IMG/VR virus record: IMGVR_UViG_3300046007_013304
Location: 1-61,817 of that record
Length of the DNA stretch: 61,817 bases
Origin: a virus
Lineage: Duplodnaviria > Caudoviricetes
Strand: one strand, 5' to 3'
Position 1 is the stretch's first letter. Each line of letters starts with the position of its first letter. Positions 8,429 through 16,657 of this stretch are shown in pieces. The notes under the pieces are model-generated. The model was not told the origin of the DNA, ran no database searches, and saw nothing but the letters and a program-made list of their open reading frames with translations. Position numbers and translations under genes: made by a program.

Positions 8429-8670
8429 GAAAACCAAATTTCGAACAAGAGTTGAGAAACTGGTTGTCTGGTGAAAGAGATTTCAAGCAGGCTCCTCCTG
8501 AAATCCTAGCAGCCGTTTATGGTATGCACAAGATGATGCAAGGCATGCCAAAAAAGAAAGCCGGGGTTCCCTTGAAAGAGAACACCCGGCGTAATCAGGG
8601 GAGTAATATAAAATCCCAGCCTAGATCAGGCATGGGTCGAGAGGGTAGTAATCCTCTCGATCAACTCTGA
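8425..8670 (+). CDS. hypothetical protein
   Basis: ATGA overlap; 3' part overlaps the opposite-strand terminator and ORF. Confidence 0.5.
   Translation: MRKPNFEQELRNWLSGERDFKQAPPEILAAVYGMHKMMQGMPKKKAGVPLKENTRRNQGSNIKSQPRSGMGREGSNPLDQL
8550..8590 (-). terminator. intrinsic terminator of the cobS-like operon
   Basis: - strand GCCGGGTGTTCTCT-TTCA-AGGGAACCCCGGC-TTTCTTTTTT. Confidence 0.75.
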
Positions 8671-8880
8671 AACCCTGTATGAGCCACGACCAACTCTTCT
8701 AGCGGGATCTGTGGTGATCCAAGCAGGAGCAACACGCATACCGTTAGACTTTGCAATAGCATTCAGCATATTTCTGCTGAACACACCATCATTCGGTTCC
8801 AATCTTCCAGCAATGACTTCGTTTGCCATGAATGTAACGAAGTCCTGCTGATTTGACTTAAGATCATTGAAAGCCATCAT
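8626..8880 (-). CDS. stand-alone homologue of the phage CobS N-terminal domain
   Basis: PAWIT...RVGRGSYRV resembles the K/R-VGRG-x-W/Y motif recalled from T4-like phage CobS N-termini. Confidence 0.6.
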   Translation of the reverse strand: MMAFNDLKSNQQDFVTFMANEVIAGRLEPNDGVFSRNMLNAIAKSNGMRVAPAWITTDPARRVGRGSYRVSELIERITTLSTHA

Positions 8881-9127
8881 AACCCCCATATTGTGTAATA
8901 TACCAGTTCAACTTGTTCATGAAATCAGAAAGAAAATCACTTTCCTCTGGCAAGAAGTATTCTCTTGGATAGGACATCATCAAGACTAGTCCCATCCTGC
9001 TTACTTTCTCAATCATCTGCTTACCTTCCTCTGGCGAATAGTAATTCGCTTCGAGTCTGTCGGCGATGATGCTGATCGATTGTAAAATGTCTGAAATCGC
9101 GAATGTTTGACGAATCTTACGATTCAA
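8864..9127 (-). CDS. hypothetical protein
   Basis: TTG start overlapping the upstream TGA; SD AAGGTG. Confidence 0.55.
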   Translation of the reverse strand: MNRKIRQTFAISDILQSISIIADRLEANYYSPEEGKQMIEKVSRMGLVLMMSYPREYFLPEESDFLSDFMNKLNWYITQYGGYDGFQ

Positions 9128-9246
9128 TCCGCACCTTCGGGATCTCCATTTGAGTCCCAATCAATATGTTCATCATCATCATAGGGCATGTCTTCGCCAG
9201 GGTAATCACCTTCATCAGTCTGCTCGTCTTCATCCCACTTGTTCAT
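9124..9246 (-). CDS. 40-aa highly acidic peptide
   Basis: SD AAGGAG; 18 of 40 residues are D/E. Confidence 0.6.
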   Translation of the reverse strand: MNKWDEDEQTDEGDYPGEDMPYDDDEHIDWDSNGDPEGAD

Positions 9247-10165
9247 TGTTGTTCTCCTTGTTTTCGGTATTCGTCTCCTTCTTACTGAAGGAGTCATCAA
9301 ACTTCGTATATAGATTGAAAAGAGCCTCACCCGTATCCGTATCAAACCGGCTGAGACTCAACTTGATCGCAGTCTCCTTGCAACCGAAGATCGCGTACGC
9401 CTTGCAGATGTCCACCAGACGGCGGGTACTGATCACCTCATCATTGGCTCCCTTCTCGAAGCCCTCTCGCGTAGCAGCACCCCAAGTGACGAGGTTGTCC
9501 ATGAACTTCTCGTCACAAACACGCTGTCCTGCCTTACCGACGAACTCAAGGTTGTTGCACATGGTCATGAGAATCTTCTTCTCAGTAGCCTTCGGTGCAT
9601 ACTCTTGCTCGAAGCAGAAGGCGATACGGTCAAGGAAAGCCTCGCTCTGCACATTCGTGCCGATGAACCGACCGTCATCAGAGCCCTTGCCCTTGGTGTT
9701 GGCGGTCAGGAAGATGCAGAATCCCGGGGCGGGACGGACCATGCGATTTGCCTTCTTGAGGAATACTCCCTTACCCTCAAGTACAGGCTGCAAGCACATG
9801 ATCTTGGGGGAGCCCAGATCAAACTCATCGAGAAGAAGCACGGAGCCTCTTTCCATGGCTTGAATCACAGGTCCGTCCTGCCACACGGTTTCCCCATTGA
9901 CGAGTCGGAACCCACCGAAGAGATCATCCTCATCGGTATCGGTGGTGATGTTCACGCGATAAAGCTCGCGTCCCATCTTTGCACACACCTGTTCAATCAT
10001 GGTAGTCTTGCCGTTGCCAGAGAGTCCGGTGACGAGAGTGGGAGTGAATAGTCCACTCTGGAGTACCGACTGGATGGCACGGAAATGGCCCCACGGAACA
10101 TAGTTGGGATCGACATCAGGAATGGACTTGTTAATACGATGGATGTTGTCGTTGTTGTTGCTCAT
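9230..10165 (-). CDS. cobS: MoxR/CbbQ-family AAA+ ATPase (phage CobS-like)
   Basis: Walker A GLSGNGKT, Walker B LLLDEFD, TANTKGKGSDDGRFIGTN, AFLDR, ISTRRL. Confidence 0.9.
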   Translation of the reverse strand: MSNNNDNIHRINKSIPDVDPNYVPWGHFRAIQSVLQSGLFTPTLVTGLSGNGKTTMIEQVCAKMGRELYRVNITTDTDEDDLFGGFRLVNGETVWQDGPVIQAMERGSVLLLDEFDLGSPKIMCLQPVLEGKGVFLKKANRMVRPAPGFCIFLTANTKGKGSDDGRFIGTNVQSEAFLDRIAFCFEQEYAPKATEKKILMTMCNNLEFVGKAGQRVCDEKFMDNLVTWGAATREGFEKGANDEVISTRRLVDICKAYAIFGCKETAIKLSLSRFDTDTGEALFNLYTKFDDSFSKKETNTENKENNNEQVG

Positions 10166-10171
10166 GCCCAC

Positions 10172-10200
10172 ATCTTACCACACCATGCCATGCGTTGCAA
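10172..10200 (-). promoter_or_regulatory. sigma70 promoter for cobS, leaderless
   Basis: TTGCAA-17 nt-TAAGAT with extended TG; ATG 6 nt downstream. Confidence 0.7.
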
Positions 10201-10244
10201 GGGTGTTGGCAAGAATCTAAAAAGATTGTTTTGAAGTCATGGGA

Positions 10245-10272
10245 TTGACAAGATTTAACGCCATGGTACAAT
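10245..10272 (+). promoter_or_regulatory. sigma70 promoter for the vWA/peptidase gene, leaderless
   Basis: TTGACA-16 nt-TACAAT with extended TG; ATG 6 nt downstream. Confidence 0.75.
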
Positions 10273-10278
10273 GGATGC

Positions 10279-12516
10279 ATGAGCAACATCAACCAGAACT
10301 CCAAGAGTATCTTCGCTCGCCTTCTTGCGACCGAAGACATTACCGTCATTCACACCCCCAATGTCCAGACCGCTTCCTTTGATCTTGCATCTCGCACGAT
10401 GCAACTTCCTATGTGGAAGGACATGGATCATCATCTGTATGACATGCTGATCGCCCATGAGGTGGGTCATGCCATCTACACTCCCAATGACAGAGATGGT
10501 TGGGAAGACAGCTCCAAGAAGATCTGTCCAGAGAATCCGGCTATCGGTCAGATGTACCTCAACATCGTGGAGGATGCTCGCATCGAGCGATTGATTCAGA
10601 AAAAGTATCCGGGTTCCAAGAAGGATTTCTGGTTCGGTTACGAGGATCTGTTTGACCGTGACATCTTTGATCTCAAGGACAAGAATCCGAAGGAACTGAA
10701 TCTTCTCGATCGTTTGAATCTCAAGTTCAAGGTCGGTCCCTTTGTCGATGTCGGTGAATTTGCTCCTGAAGAGCAAGTGTTTGTGAATCGCATGGAAACG
10801 GCTGAAACTTGGGAAGATGTTGTGGGTGTCGCCACTGATCTCTATTCTTTCATGGCTCAACAGGTTGAGAAGGAGCAAGAGTCTGATATGTCTATTGAAT
10901 TCGGAGAAGATGGAGACAAGACGGAAGATTCTCAGGAATCTGAGTCTTCTGCTCCTGCTCCGAAGAATGAAGGCGAAGGCGACAACTCTTCTTCTCAGCA
11001 GCCTGTTCCTTCTCAGGAAACCAATCCCGGAACGACCGAGAAGGCTGTCGAGGGCTCTGGCACGATCTCTGCATCTCCTGTTGCCACGAACATTCCGATT
11101 CCGAACACTCAGAAGAGCCTTGAGGAAAATCTTCAGAAGGTTTTTATTGATGAAAAGGCAAAGAGTGTCAAGTCTTGCCTGATTCCTGAGCCCAAGATTG
11201 ATAACATCATTCTTCCTCAGACTGCGATCTTGAACATGATCAACGATCATATTCGTGTGAATTATTTGCATAGCGAGTATGGCAAGAATTATTACAACAC
11301 CAAGAGGACTCTTGTTGAGAATGTTGTCCGTGAATTCCAGAAGGCTTCCAAGCCATCCGTTGATCTTCTCTGCAAGCAATTTGAGATGAAGAAAGCTGCG
11401 GATGTTCACAAGCGTACTTCCGTTCGCCGTACCGGTCTCCTGAATATGGATCGTCTGCATCAATACAAGATGACCGATAACATCTTCCTTTCCCGTAACA
11501 CCACCAAGGAAGGGAAGAATCACGGTCTTATCATGTTCATCGACTGGTCTGGTTCAATGGGCAATGTTCTTGCTGATACGATTCGTCAGATGATGGTGAT
11601 GATGGCTTTCTGCCGTCGTTGCAACATTCCTTACGAAATCTACGCATTCAACAATCGTCACCCCATTTTGAATTGGGACAATGGTTTTACTGATACGGAT
11701 TCGTGCATGGATTATCTCTGGGACATGCCCCGTAAGGATATTCCCTATCTGCATCTTCGCAAGTTGTGCCTTTTCAATCTTTTCAGTTCAACGAATGACA
11801 AGCACAAGGAATTCGAGATGCTTGTTCATTGCATGGGTTATGCTCTTGGCTATGAACGGGATGGGACTGGCTTCAATAAGCCCCATTACATGGACATGAT
11901 TCCCGGTTGGTTCACCCTGAATTCAACTCCACTTGAGGAAACTCTTGTTTGCATTCCCGCTATTCATGAGCAATTCGTCAAGAAGTATGGTCGCCAGATC
12001 AACCACACCGTCATTCTCACTGATGGCGAAGGTGATGGTTCCGGCAGTGAGTATTGTCATGAGATGATCGATCCAAAAACCCGTGCTCGTTATGATACCA
12101 GCAGCATCAACAAAATCGGTCTTCGTGCAGTGTGTTCTAGGACTCAGGCTCTGATTGATTGGGTAAAGGATCGTACCGATTCCCGCATCGTGTGCATGCA
12201 GTTGTATCCGCGTCACGGGTCCACTCATTATGTCTTTGAATACGGAACCGGAATTGAACGCAGGGCTGAAATGGAGAAAAAGAACAACAGCCAGTGGAAT
12301 AAGGAGAACTATATCGAGATTCCGAATGATCTTCATGCATACGATTCATATTTTATCGTGAAGGCAAAGAACGCGGTTGTGACCGACGATTTTGAGGAAA
12401 TTGACACCACAAACATGACCCCGACCAAGATCAAGACCAGTTTCATCAAGCACCAAAAGAAGAAGTTCATGAGCCGGTACATGATCAATCGGTTTGTGGA
12501 AATGATTGCGGCTTGA
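10279..12516 (+). CDS. CobT-like protein: HEXXH metallopeptidase-like domain, acidic linker and vWA domain
   Basis: HEVGHAIYT, NIVEDARIE, MIDAS DWSGSM, STPL, LTDGEG. Confidence 0.88.
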   Translation: MSNINQNSKSIFARLLATEDITVIHTPNVQTASFDLASRTMQLPMWKDMDHHLYDMLIAHEVGHAIYTPNDRDGWEDSSKKICPENPAIGQMYLNIVEDARIERLIQKKYPGSKKDFWFGYEDLFDRDIFDLKDKNPKELNLLDRLNLKFKVGPFVDVGEFAPEEQVFVNRMETAETWEDVVGVATDLYSFMAQQVEKEQESDMSIEFGEDGDKTEDSQESESSAPAPKNEGEGDNSSSQQPVPSQETNPGTTEKAVEGSGTISASPVATNIPIPNTQKSLEENLQKVFIDEKAKSVKSCLIPEPKIDNIILPQTAILNMINDHIRVNYLHSEYGKNYYNTKRTLVENVVREFQKASKPSVDLLCKQFEMKKAADVHKRTSVRRTGLLNMDRLHQYKMTDNIFLSRNTTKEGKNHGLIMFIDWSGSMGNVLADTIRQMMVMMAFCRRCNIPYEIYAFNNRHPILNWDNGFTDTDSCMDYLWDMPRKDIPYLHLRKLCLFNLFSSTNDKHKEFEMLVHCMGYALGYERDGTGFNKPHYMDMIPGWFTLNSTPLEETLVCIPAIHEQFVKKYGRQINHTVILTDGEGDGSGSEYCHEMIDPKTRARYDTSSINKIGLRAVCSRTQALIDWVKDRTDSRIVCMQLYPRHGSTHYVFEYGTGIERRAEMEKKNNSQWNKENYIEIPNDLHAYDSYFIVKAKNAVVTDDFEEIDTTNMTPTKIKTSFIKHQKKKFMSRYMINRFVEMIAA

Positions 12517-12521
12517 AAAAC

Positions 12522-12542
12522 AAACCCCCTTTCGGGGGTTTT
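12522..12542 (+). terminator. intrinsic terminator
   Basis: AAACCCCC-TTTC-GGGGGTTTT. Confidence 0.8.
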
Positions 12543-12549
12543 ATAAATA
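12542..12549 (+). promoter_or_regulatory. T4 late promoter
   Basis: TATAAATA immediately after the terminator. Confidence 0.75.
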
Positions 12550-12565
12550 GAACAGAGGTCTGTCC

Positions 12566-13705
12566 ATGGAAAGATTCGAAACATTCATTTCTAGAAATTT
12601 TCAAATAAAATACCAAAATCGCAACCTTAGACTGAAAGAAGCGGTTAGTGAAGCTACTCCCCCAAAAGCTGCTTCTGGTCTTTGGGATTATGTACCGGGG
12701 CCACGATATTATACACTTTATGGTGAATTGAATAAAGCAATACAGGCAAAAGATCATGCAAAAGTGGATGAAATTCAAGGAAAATTAGATTCAATGGTCA
12801 CTGGTGCGTATGTCATTGGTGCTGGTCTAGAATTAGGAGGGGCTATATCCACTGCAACTGGTGTGGGGGCTCCCGTTGGAATAGCATCTTATGCTGCAGG
12901 AACTGCTTTAAATATAGCTGCCGGTGCACATGATATAGCAACAGGTGTAGCGGATTTCAGGCAAGCATATGATCAATTTGCCAGTGGTAATTATTCAGAT
13001 GCTGCTAGCAATTTGGGTGCTGGGGCATGGAGAGCTGGGTTGGGTGCTCTTGGAATAGCGACCGCTCCTGCTGGTTCTGTGGGAACATTGGCTCTTAGAG
13101 GGGGAAATGCGGGTTCCAAAGCTGCGGGTGCAGCCATAAAAGCGGAAAGAGCAGCTGCAAGGACAAAAACAATATCGAGAGAATTGGGTAAGCGTTCAGC
13201 AGATGCTACAAATGCAGCACAAAAAGCGGTAGATGATTTAAATTCCGCAAGAAGAGCGATACCTTTAAGAAGTACAGCTGAAATTTTGGAAAAAGAAAGA
13301 AAAGCGAGAGAAACAGCAAAAGTAGCACGCAAAACCAACCGCCATGCCGCTACCGCTGCAGCCGATGCTGCATCTTTACCCTCACGCGGAGAAAGAATCA
13401 AAGCTGCTATGAAAACAGGCGGCAGAAGTTTAGTCCGTGACAGAGAATATAAAGCAACGAAACAAGGCTTATTAAAAGCATCTACTCTTGGTAGAGTTAA
13501 AACTGGTGCTAAAATAGCTGCAGGAGTTGGCACAGGTGCCGCAATTGCTGCTTCTGCCCTTGCACCAATAATAGGTAATGCTCTTGGTAATTTAATCGGT
13601 AATCGTGGTGGAGGCGGTGGAGGCGGTGGAGGCGGTGGCGGGGCATCCCAAATGTATGTTAGCGGTCTCGCTCAAGGCGGATCAAATGTTGGTCGATTAG
13701 TATAA
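12566..13705 (+). CDS. Gly/Ala-rich protein with hydrophobic hairpins, putative ejected virion protein
   Basis: Late promoter; CTS-like MERFETFIS; glycine-zipper segments; poly-Gly encoded by GGTGGAGGC repeats at 13607-13642. Confidence 0.7.
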   Translation: MERFETFISRNFQIKYQNRNLRLKEAVSEATPPKAASGLWDYVPGPRYYTLYGELNKAIQAKDHAKVDEIQGKLDSMVTGAYVIGAGLELGGAISTATGVGAPVGIASYAAGTALNIAAGAHDIATGVADFRQAYDQFASGNYSDAASNLGAGAWRAGLGALGIATAPAGSVGTLALRGGNAGSKAAGAAIKAERAAARTKTISRELGKRSADATNAAQKAVDDLNSARRAIPLRSTAEILEKERKARETAKVARKTNRHAATAAADAASLPSRGERIKAAMKTGGRSLVRDREYKATKQGLLKASTLGRVKTGAKIAAGVGTGAAIAASALAPIIGNALGNLIGNRGGGGGGGGGGGGASQMYVSGLAQGGSNVGRLV

Positions 13706-13715
13706 GGGTAATATT

Positions 13716-14018
13716 ATGCCAATGTATGAATTTATTTGTAATAAATGTCAAAAAAACTGGGAAGATTTTCTGACGATAGAAAAAAGAGAAGAACCTTTAA
13801 CTAAGCCATGTCCGCACTGCAAGGCTAAAAAATGTGTCGAAAAACAATGGATGGGTATGTCTCCATCCATCAACGCGGACATGACATTGACACCAAATAA
13901 AGCTACTGGTGGACGATGGAACGAACTTATGGCTAAGATGAAATCCGGTCTTCCTCAGAGATATGCAAGAAAATTAGATGCCCCGAATAACGCCACAGGA
14001 AGAAGATGGAAAGGTTAA
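13716..14018 (+). CDS. FmdB-family zinc-ribbon protein
   Basis: MPMYEFICNKC...PCPHC. Confidence 0.85.
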   Translation: MPMYEFICNKCQKNWEDFLTIEKREEPLTKPCPHCKAKKCVEKQWMGMSPSINADMTLTPNKATGGRWNELMAKMKSGLPQRYARKLDAPNNATGRRWKG

Positions 14019-14056
14019 ATATTTTTTTGCATAAATAAAAACACAGGAGTTTATAA

Positions 14057-14395
14057 ATGCGTACAAATCAATTCAAAAGCCTACAACAAGCAGCACTTTC
14101 AGTCAGTGCTCCTCATCTCATGCCAATCAATGAAAATGTTCAGCATGTCGAATATATCGAAGAACAAGTTGCAGACATTCCAACAGAACTCGTTGAGTTT
14201 GTCGCAAATGTAATCGAAAGTGCAGAAGAAAGACTCAAAACAACTTTCACCGCACAAGAAATAAATGAAACCACAAAGTACATCGTTCAAAAGCTTCAAG
14301 TTGAAAATTTGATCGAAAGCATTGAAAACCAAGTCGGCTTCGAGCTCAATGAAGCTGAAGTTGATTATGTTTTTAATACTCTCCAAAATCTTTGA
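14057..14395 (+). CDS. acidic putative prohead-core/internal protein
   Basis: CATAAATA at 14030, SD AGGAG; shares a module with the 44994 ORF. Confidence 0.7.
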   Translation: MRTNQFKSLQQAALSVSAPHLMPINENVQHVEYIEEQVADIPTELVEFVANVIESAEERLKTTFTAQEINETTKYIVQKLQVENLIESIENQVGFELNEAEVDYVFNTLQNL

Positions 14396-14904
14396 TGACA
14401 ACAAGACACGAAATAATCAGATCAACCGTTAACGGCATTCTTCAGGAGGCATTTGATAACCGACCTGGATTTTGGTCCGGGACATCTGATGCGTATAATG
14501 TAACCAGACAGGGTGGAAAATTTCCAAAAATTGAAAAACCAGACATGATGGAATTGGTCAAACAAGAAAATGAATTAATTAGTCTGTTGGGACAGAGATA
14601 TCCAAAAAATCATCCAAATCCTCGCTTACAAAAACAACCAATTTATCCTAAAGGATCAGATGGCCACAAACAAATAAAAAAGAAAATAGCAAAAATTAGA
14701 CTGGCTAGAAAAAATTTCTCTAAAATTAAAGCAGATTACGAAAGATATAAAACAGGGGTTGTTGCAGGCAAAGTTGTCGGAAGTTTAGTGAATTTTGGTT
14801 CTGCACTCGGTACTCCAATTGTAAGTAGGGCTGGACAAAGAGCTTTCGATTTAGCAGGTAGTGGAGATGCAGGAACAATGACAGGAAAGGGCTATCAGGT
14901 GTGA
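14392..14904 (+). CDS. basic hypothetical protein, putative head-internal protein
   Basis: N-terminal HEIIRSTVNGILQE. Confidence 0.6.
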   Translation: MMTTRHEIIRSTVNGILQEAFDNRPGFWSGTSDAYNVTRQGGKFPKIEKPDMMELVKQENELISLLGQRYPKNHPNPRLQKQPIYPKGSDGHKQIKKKIAKIRLARKNFSKIKADYERYKTGVVAGKVVGSLVNFGSALGTPIVSRAGQRAFDLAGSGDAGTMTGKGYQV

Positions 14905-15521
14905 TTGGTCCTTCATCGGAATTCATATCCGCTGCTTCAGATTTCATAGAAAAAAATAAAACTCCGCTGAATGTGGTGTTCTACTCCGACAGAGCATCAC
15001 ATTCTTTTTATGATGTGACTTCTTTTGATGTCGAGAATAATTATGAAACATTCATGAACTTTTGGCGGGTTCGATCAAAGGGCGGATTGAATCACTTTTT
15101 TTCTTTTTTTTCTGAACCCACACCAGAATCTTTGATGACTGTGAATTTAAGAGAAATGGTAAGAAAAGCAAGAAGCCGAAAATTGATCGAAGTGAATCAA
15201 ACTACAAGCAGGGTTTTGGAATCTGAATATTTTCATTGTAAGATACCCAATTCCCATATTTCATCTATATTTTTCGGAATCAATCCCACAAGACCTGGAT
15301 ACATAATAGAGCCCGGTGAAGATGAAAGTGATTTTTATGATCTTGATGAAAAAAGAAATATTATGCATGTCAAGACAAATGACATAAGCAGGGAATCAAA
15401 TCTGTATTATTTTTTTTCACCAGATTCATCAGCAAATGTTCGATCAATCGGGTATCGTGGAATAGATGTCTCTGTAATAAAGCAGGAACAAATTCCTAAA
15501 GGTTCATATGATATATCATGA
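14901..15521 (+). CDS. hypothetical protein
   Basis: 206-aa ORF with GTGA/ATGA overlaps at both ends. Confidence 0.65.
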   Translation: MIGPSSEFISAASDFIEKNKTPLNVVFYSDRASHSFYDVTSFDVENNYETFMNFWRVRSKGGLNHFFSFFSEPTPESLMTVNLREMVRKARSRKLIEVNQTTSRVLESEYFHCKIPNSHISSIFFGINPTRPGYIIEPGEDESDFYDLDEKRNIMHVKTNDISRESNLYYFFSPDSSANVRSIGYRGIDVSVIKQEQIPKGSYDIS

Positions 15522-16180
15522 AACAAAAAAAATTCAACCACATAAGTGAAAATCTTAAAATTGAGCTGCTTTCCGAAGAAAATGATTCTGGCAGGCATTA
15601 TACCACTCCCGATGGAAAATATCCAAGTGTGACCACCGTCACTGGTTGGGAAAAGAGAAAATTCTTTGCCGAATGGAGAAAAAACAATCCAGAAGAGGCG
15701 AAAAGAACGACTTCGAGGGGAAACAGGCTTCACTCACTGATCGAAAAATACATGAATAATGAAAAATTGGTAGAGAAAGAGATAGATCCATTCACATTGG
15801 ATTTGTTTCTTCAATTGAAAAAAGATGTAGACAGAATAGACAATGTTCATGCTCTCGAAACACCACTGTATTCAAACCTGTTGAAACTTGCGGGAAGAGT
15901 GGACTGTGTTGCCGAATTTGACGGGGAATTGTCTATAATAGATTTTAAGGGGAGCACAAAGACAAAAAGAAGAGAAGATATAGACAACTATTTCATGCAA
16001 GCTACCGCATATTCCATAATGTGGAAAGAAAGAACTGGCGTTCCGATAAAAAAACTTGTCATAATGATCTCCGCAGAAAATGGCGGTGTGCAAATTTTTG
16101 AGGCAAATCCAGTCGATTATGTTCCAGCATTGAAATCTGCCATAGAAAACTATGAAAGGGAAGTGAATGCGACCGTTTGA
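15518..16180 (+). CDS. PD-(D/E)XK exonuclease (T4-like phage family)
   Basis: YPSVTTV, RGNRLH, AGRVDCVAE...IIDFK, YFMQATAY. Confidence 0.88.
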   Translation: MKQKKFNHISENLKIELLSEENDSGRHYTTPDGKYPSVTTVTGWEKRKFFAEWRKNNPEEAKRTTSRGNRLHSLIEKYMNNEKLVEKEIDPFTLDLFLQLKKDVDRIDNVHALETPLYSNLLKLAGRVDCVAEFDGELSIIDFKGSTKTKRREDIDNYFMQATAYSIMWKERTGVPIKKLVIMISAENGGVQIFEANPVDYVPALKSAIENYEREVNATV

Positions 16181-16574
16181 CATAAGAAATGTGAATAGGG
16201 TCAATTCCTACGAGTGGTCCAGATGCAATAATGATTCCCGTGCCATAAACTGGAGAAGTTGGGTATGTAAAACTTATGGTGGGGAATTCAAGGAGGATAG
16301 GTTGGGTAAAATGGTAATGTGGACTTGGATTGTGTCATCAGAGGAAGAATTGGTAAAATGGGTATTCACTGATCCAGAAGGAAAAGAACATCGAGTCTCA
16401 AACTTCATTGGATTTTGCAAAGAACATAAACTAGATGATGCTCGTATGTACAATACATACACAGGGTCAAGAAAACACCATAAAGGATGGAAAGCCACTC
16501 GACTTTATGGTGTTGAAGGAAGATTGAACCCAAGGGATTTTGGAAGAAATCTTCCTCCACCAGCCCGTTCATAA
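16167..16574 (+). CDS. protein with a homing-endonuclease-type (NUMOD1/IENR1-like) DNA-binding C-terminus
   Basis: FTDPEGK...FCKEHKL...RKHHKGWK; no catalytic motif seen. Confidence 0.6.
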   Translation: MRPFDIRNVNRVNSYEWSRCNNDSRAINWRSWVCKTYGGEFKEDRLGKMVMWTWIVSSEEELVKWVFTDPEGKEHRVSNFIGFCKEHKLDDARMYNTYTGSRKHHKGWKATRLYGVEGRLNPRDFGRNLPPPARS

Positions 16575-16608
16575 AACCAAGAACCGCTTAAAAAACATAT
16601 CGGTTCAA

Positions 16609-16633
16609 GCCAGACTCCCAGCGGAAGTCTGGC
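16609..16633 (+). terminator. GC-rich intergenic hairpin
   Basis: GCCAGACT...AGTCTGGC; weak U-tail. Confidence 0.4.
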
Positions 16634-16657
16634 AATTATCTTTAAATACATACAAAT

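Noticed and set aside
9150-10051. Plus-strand ORFs of 237 and 148 aa
   Set aside because: Antisense to the clear AAA+ gene.
11174-11188. Third copy of the sRNA motif (CTTGCCTGATTCC)
   Set aside because: Partial match inside a CDS with no promoter; likely chance.
10255-11523. 422-aa minus-strand ORF
   Set aside because: Antisense shadow of the vWA/peptidase gene, explained by its codon bias; no motifs.
9230-12516. Cobalamin biosynthesis auxiliary metabolic genes
   Set aside because: CobS/CobT-like only at family level; no cobN or other cob genes in the window.
15518-16180. Cas4 / CRISPR adaptation gene
   Set aside because: Lacks the Fe-S cysteine set and any cas context; ordinary phage exonuclease.
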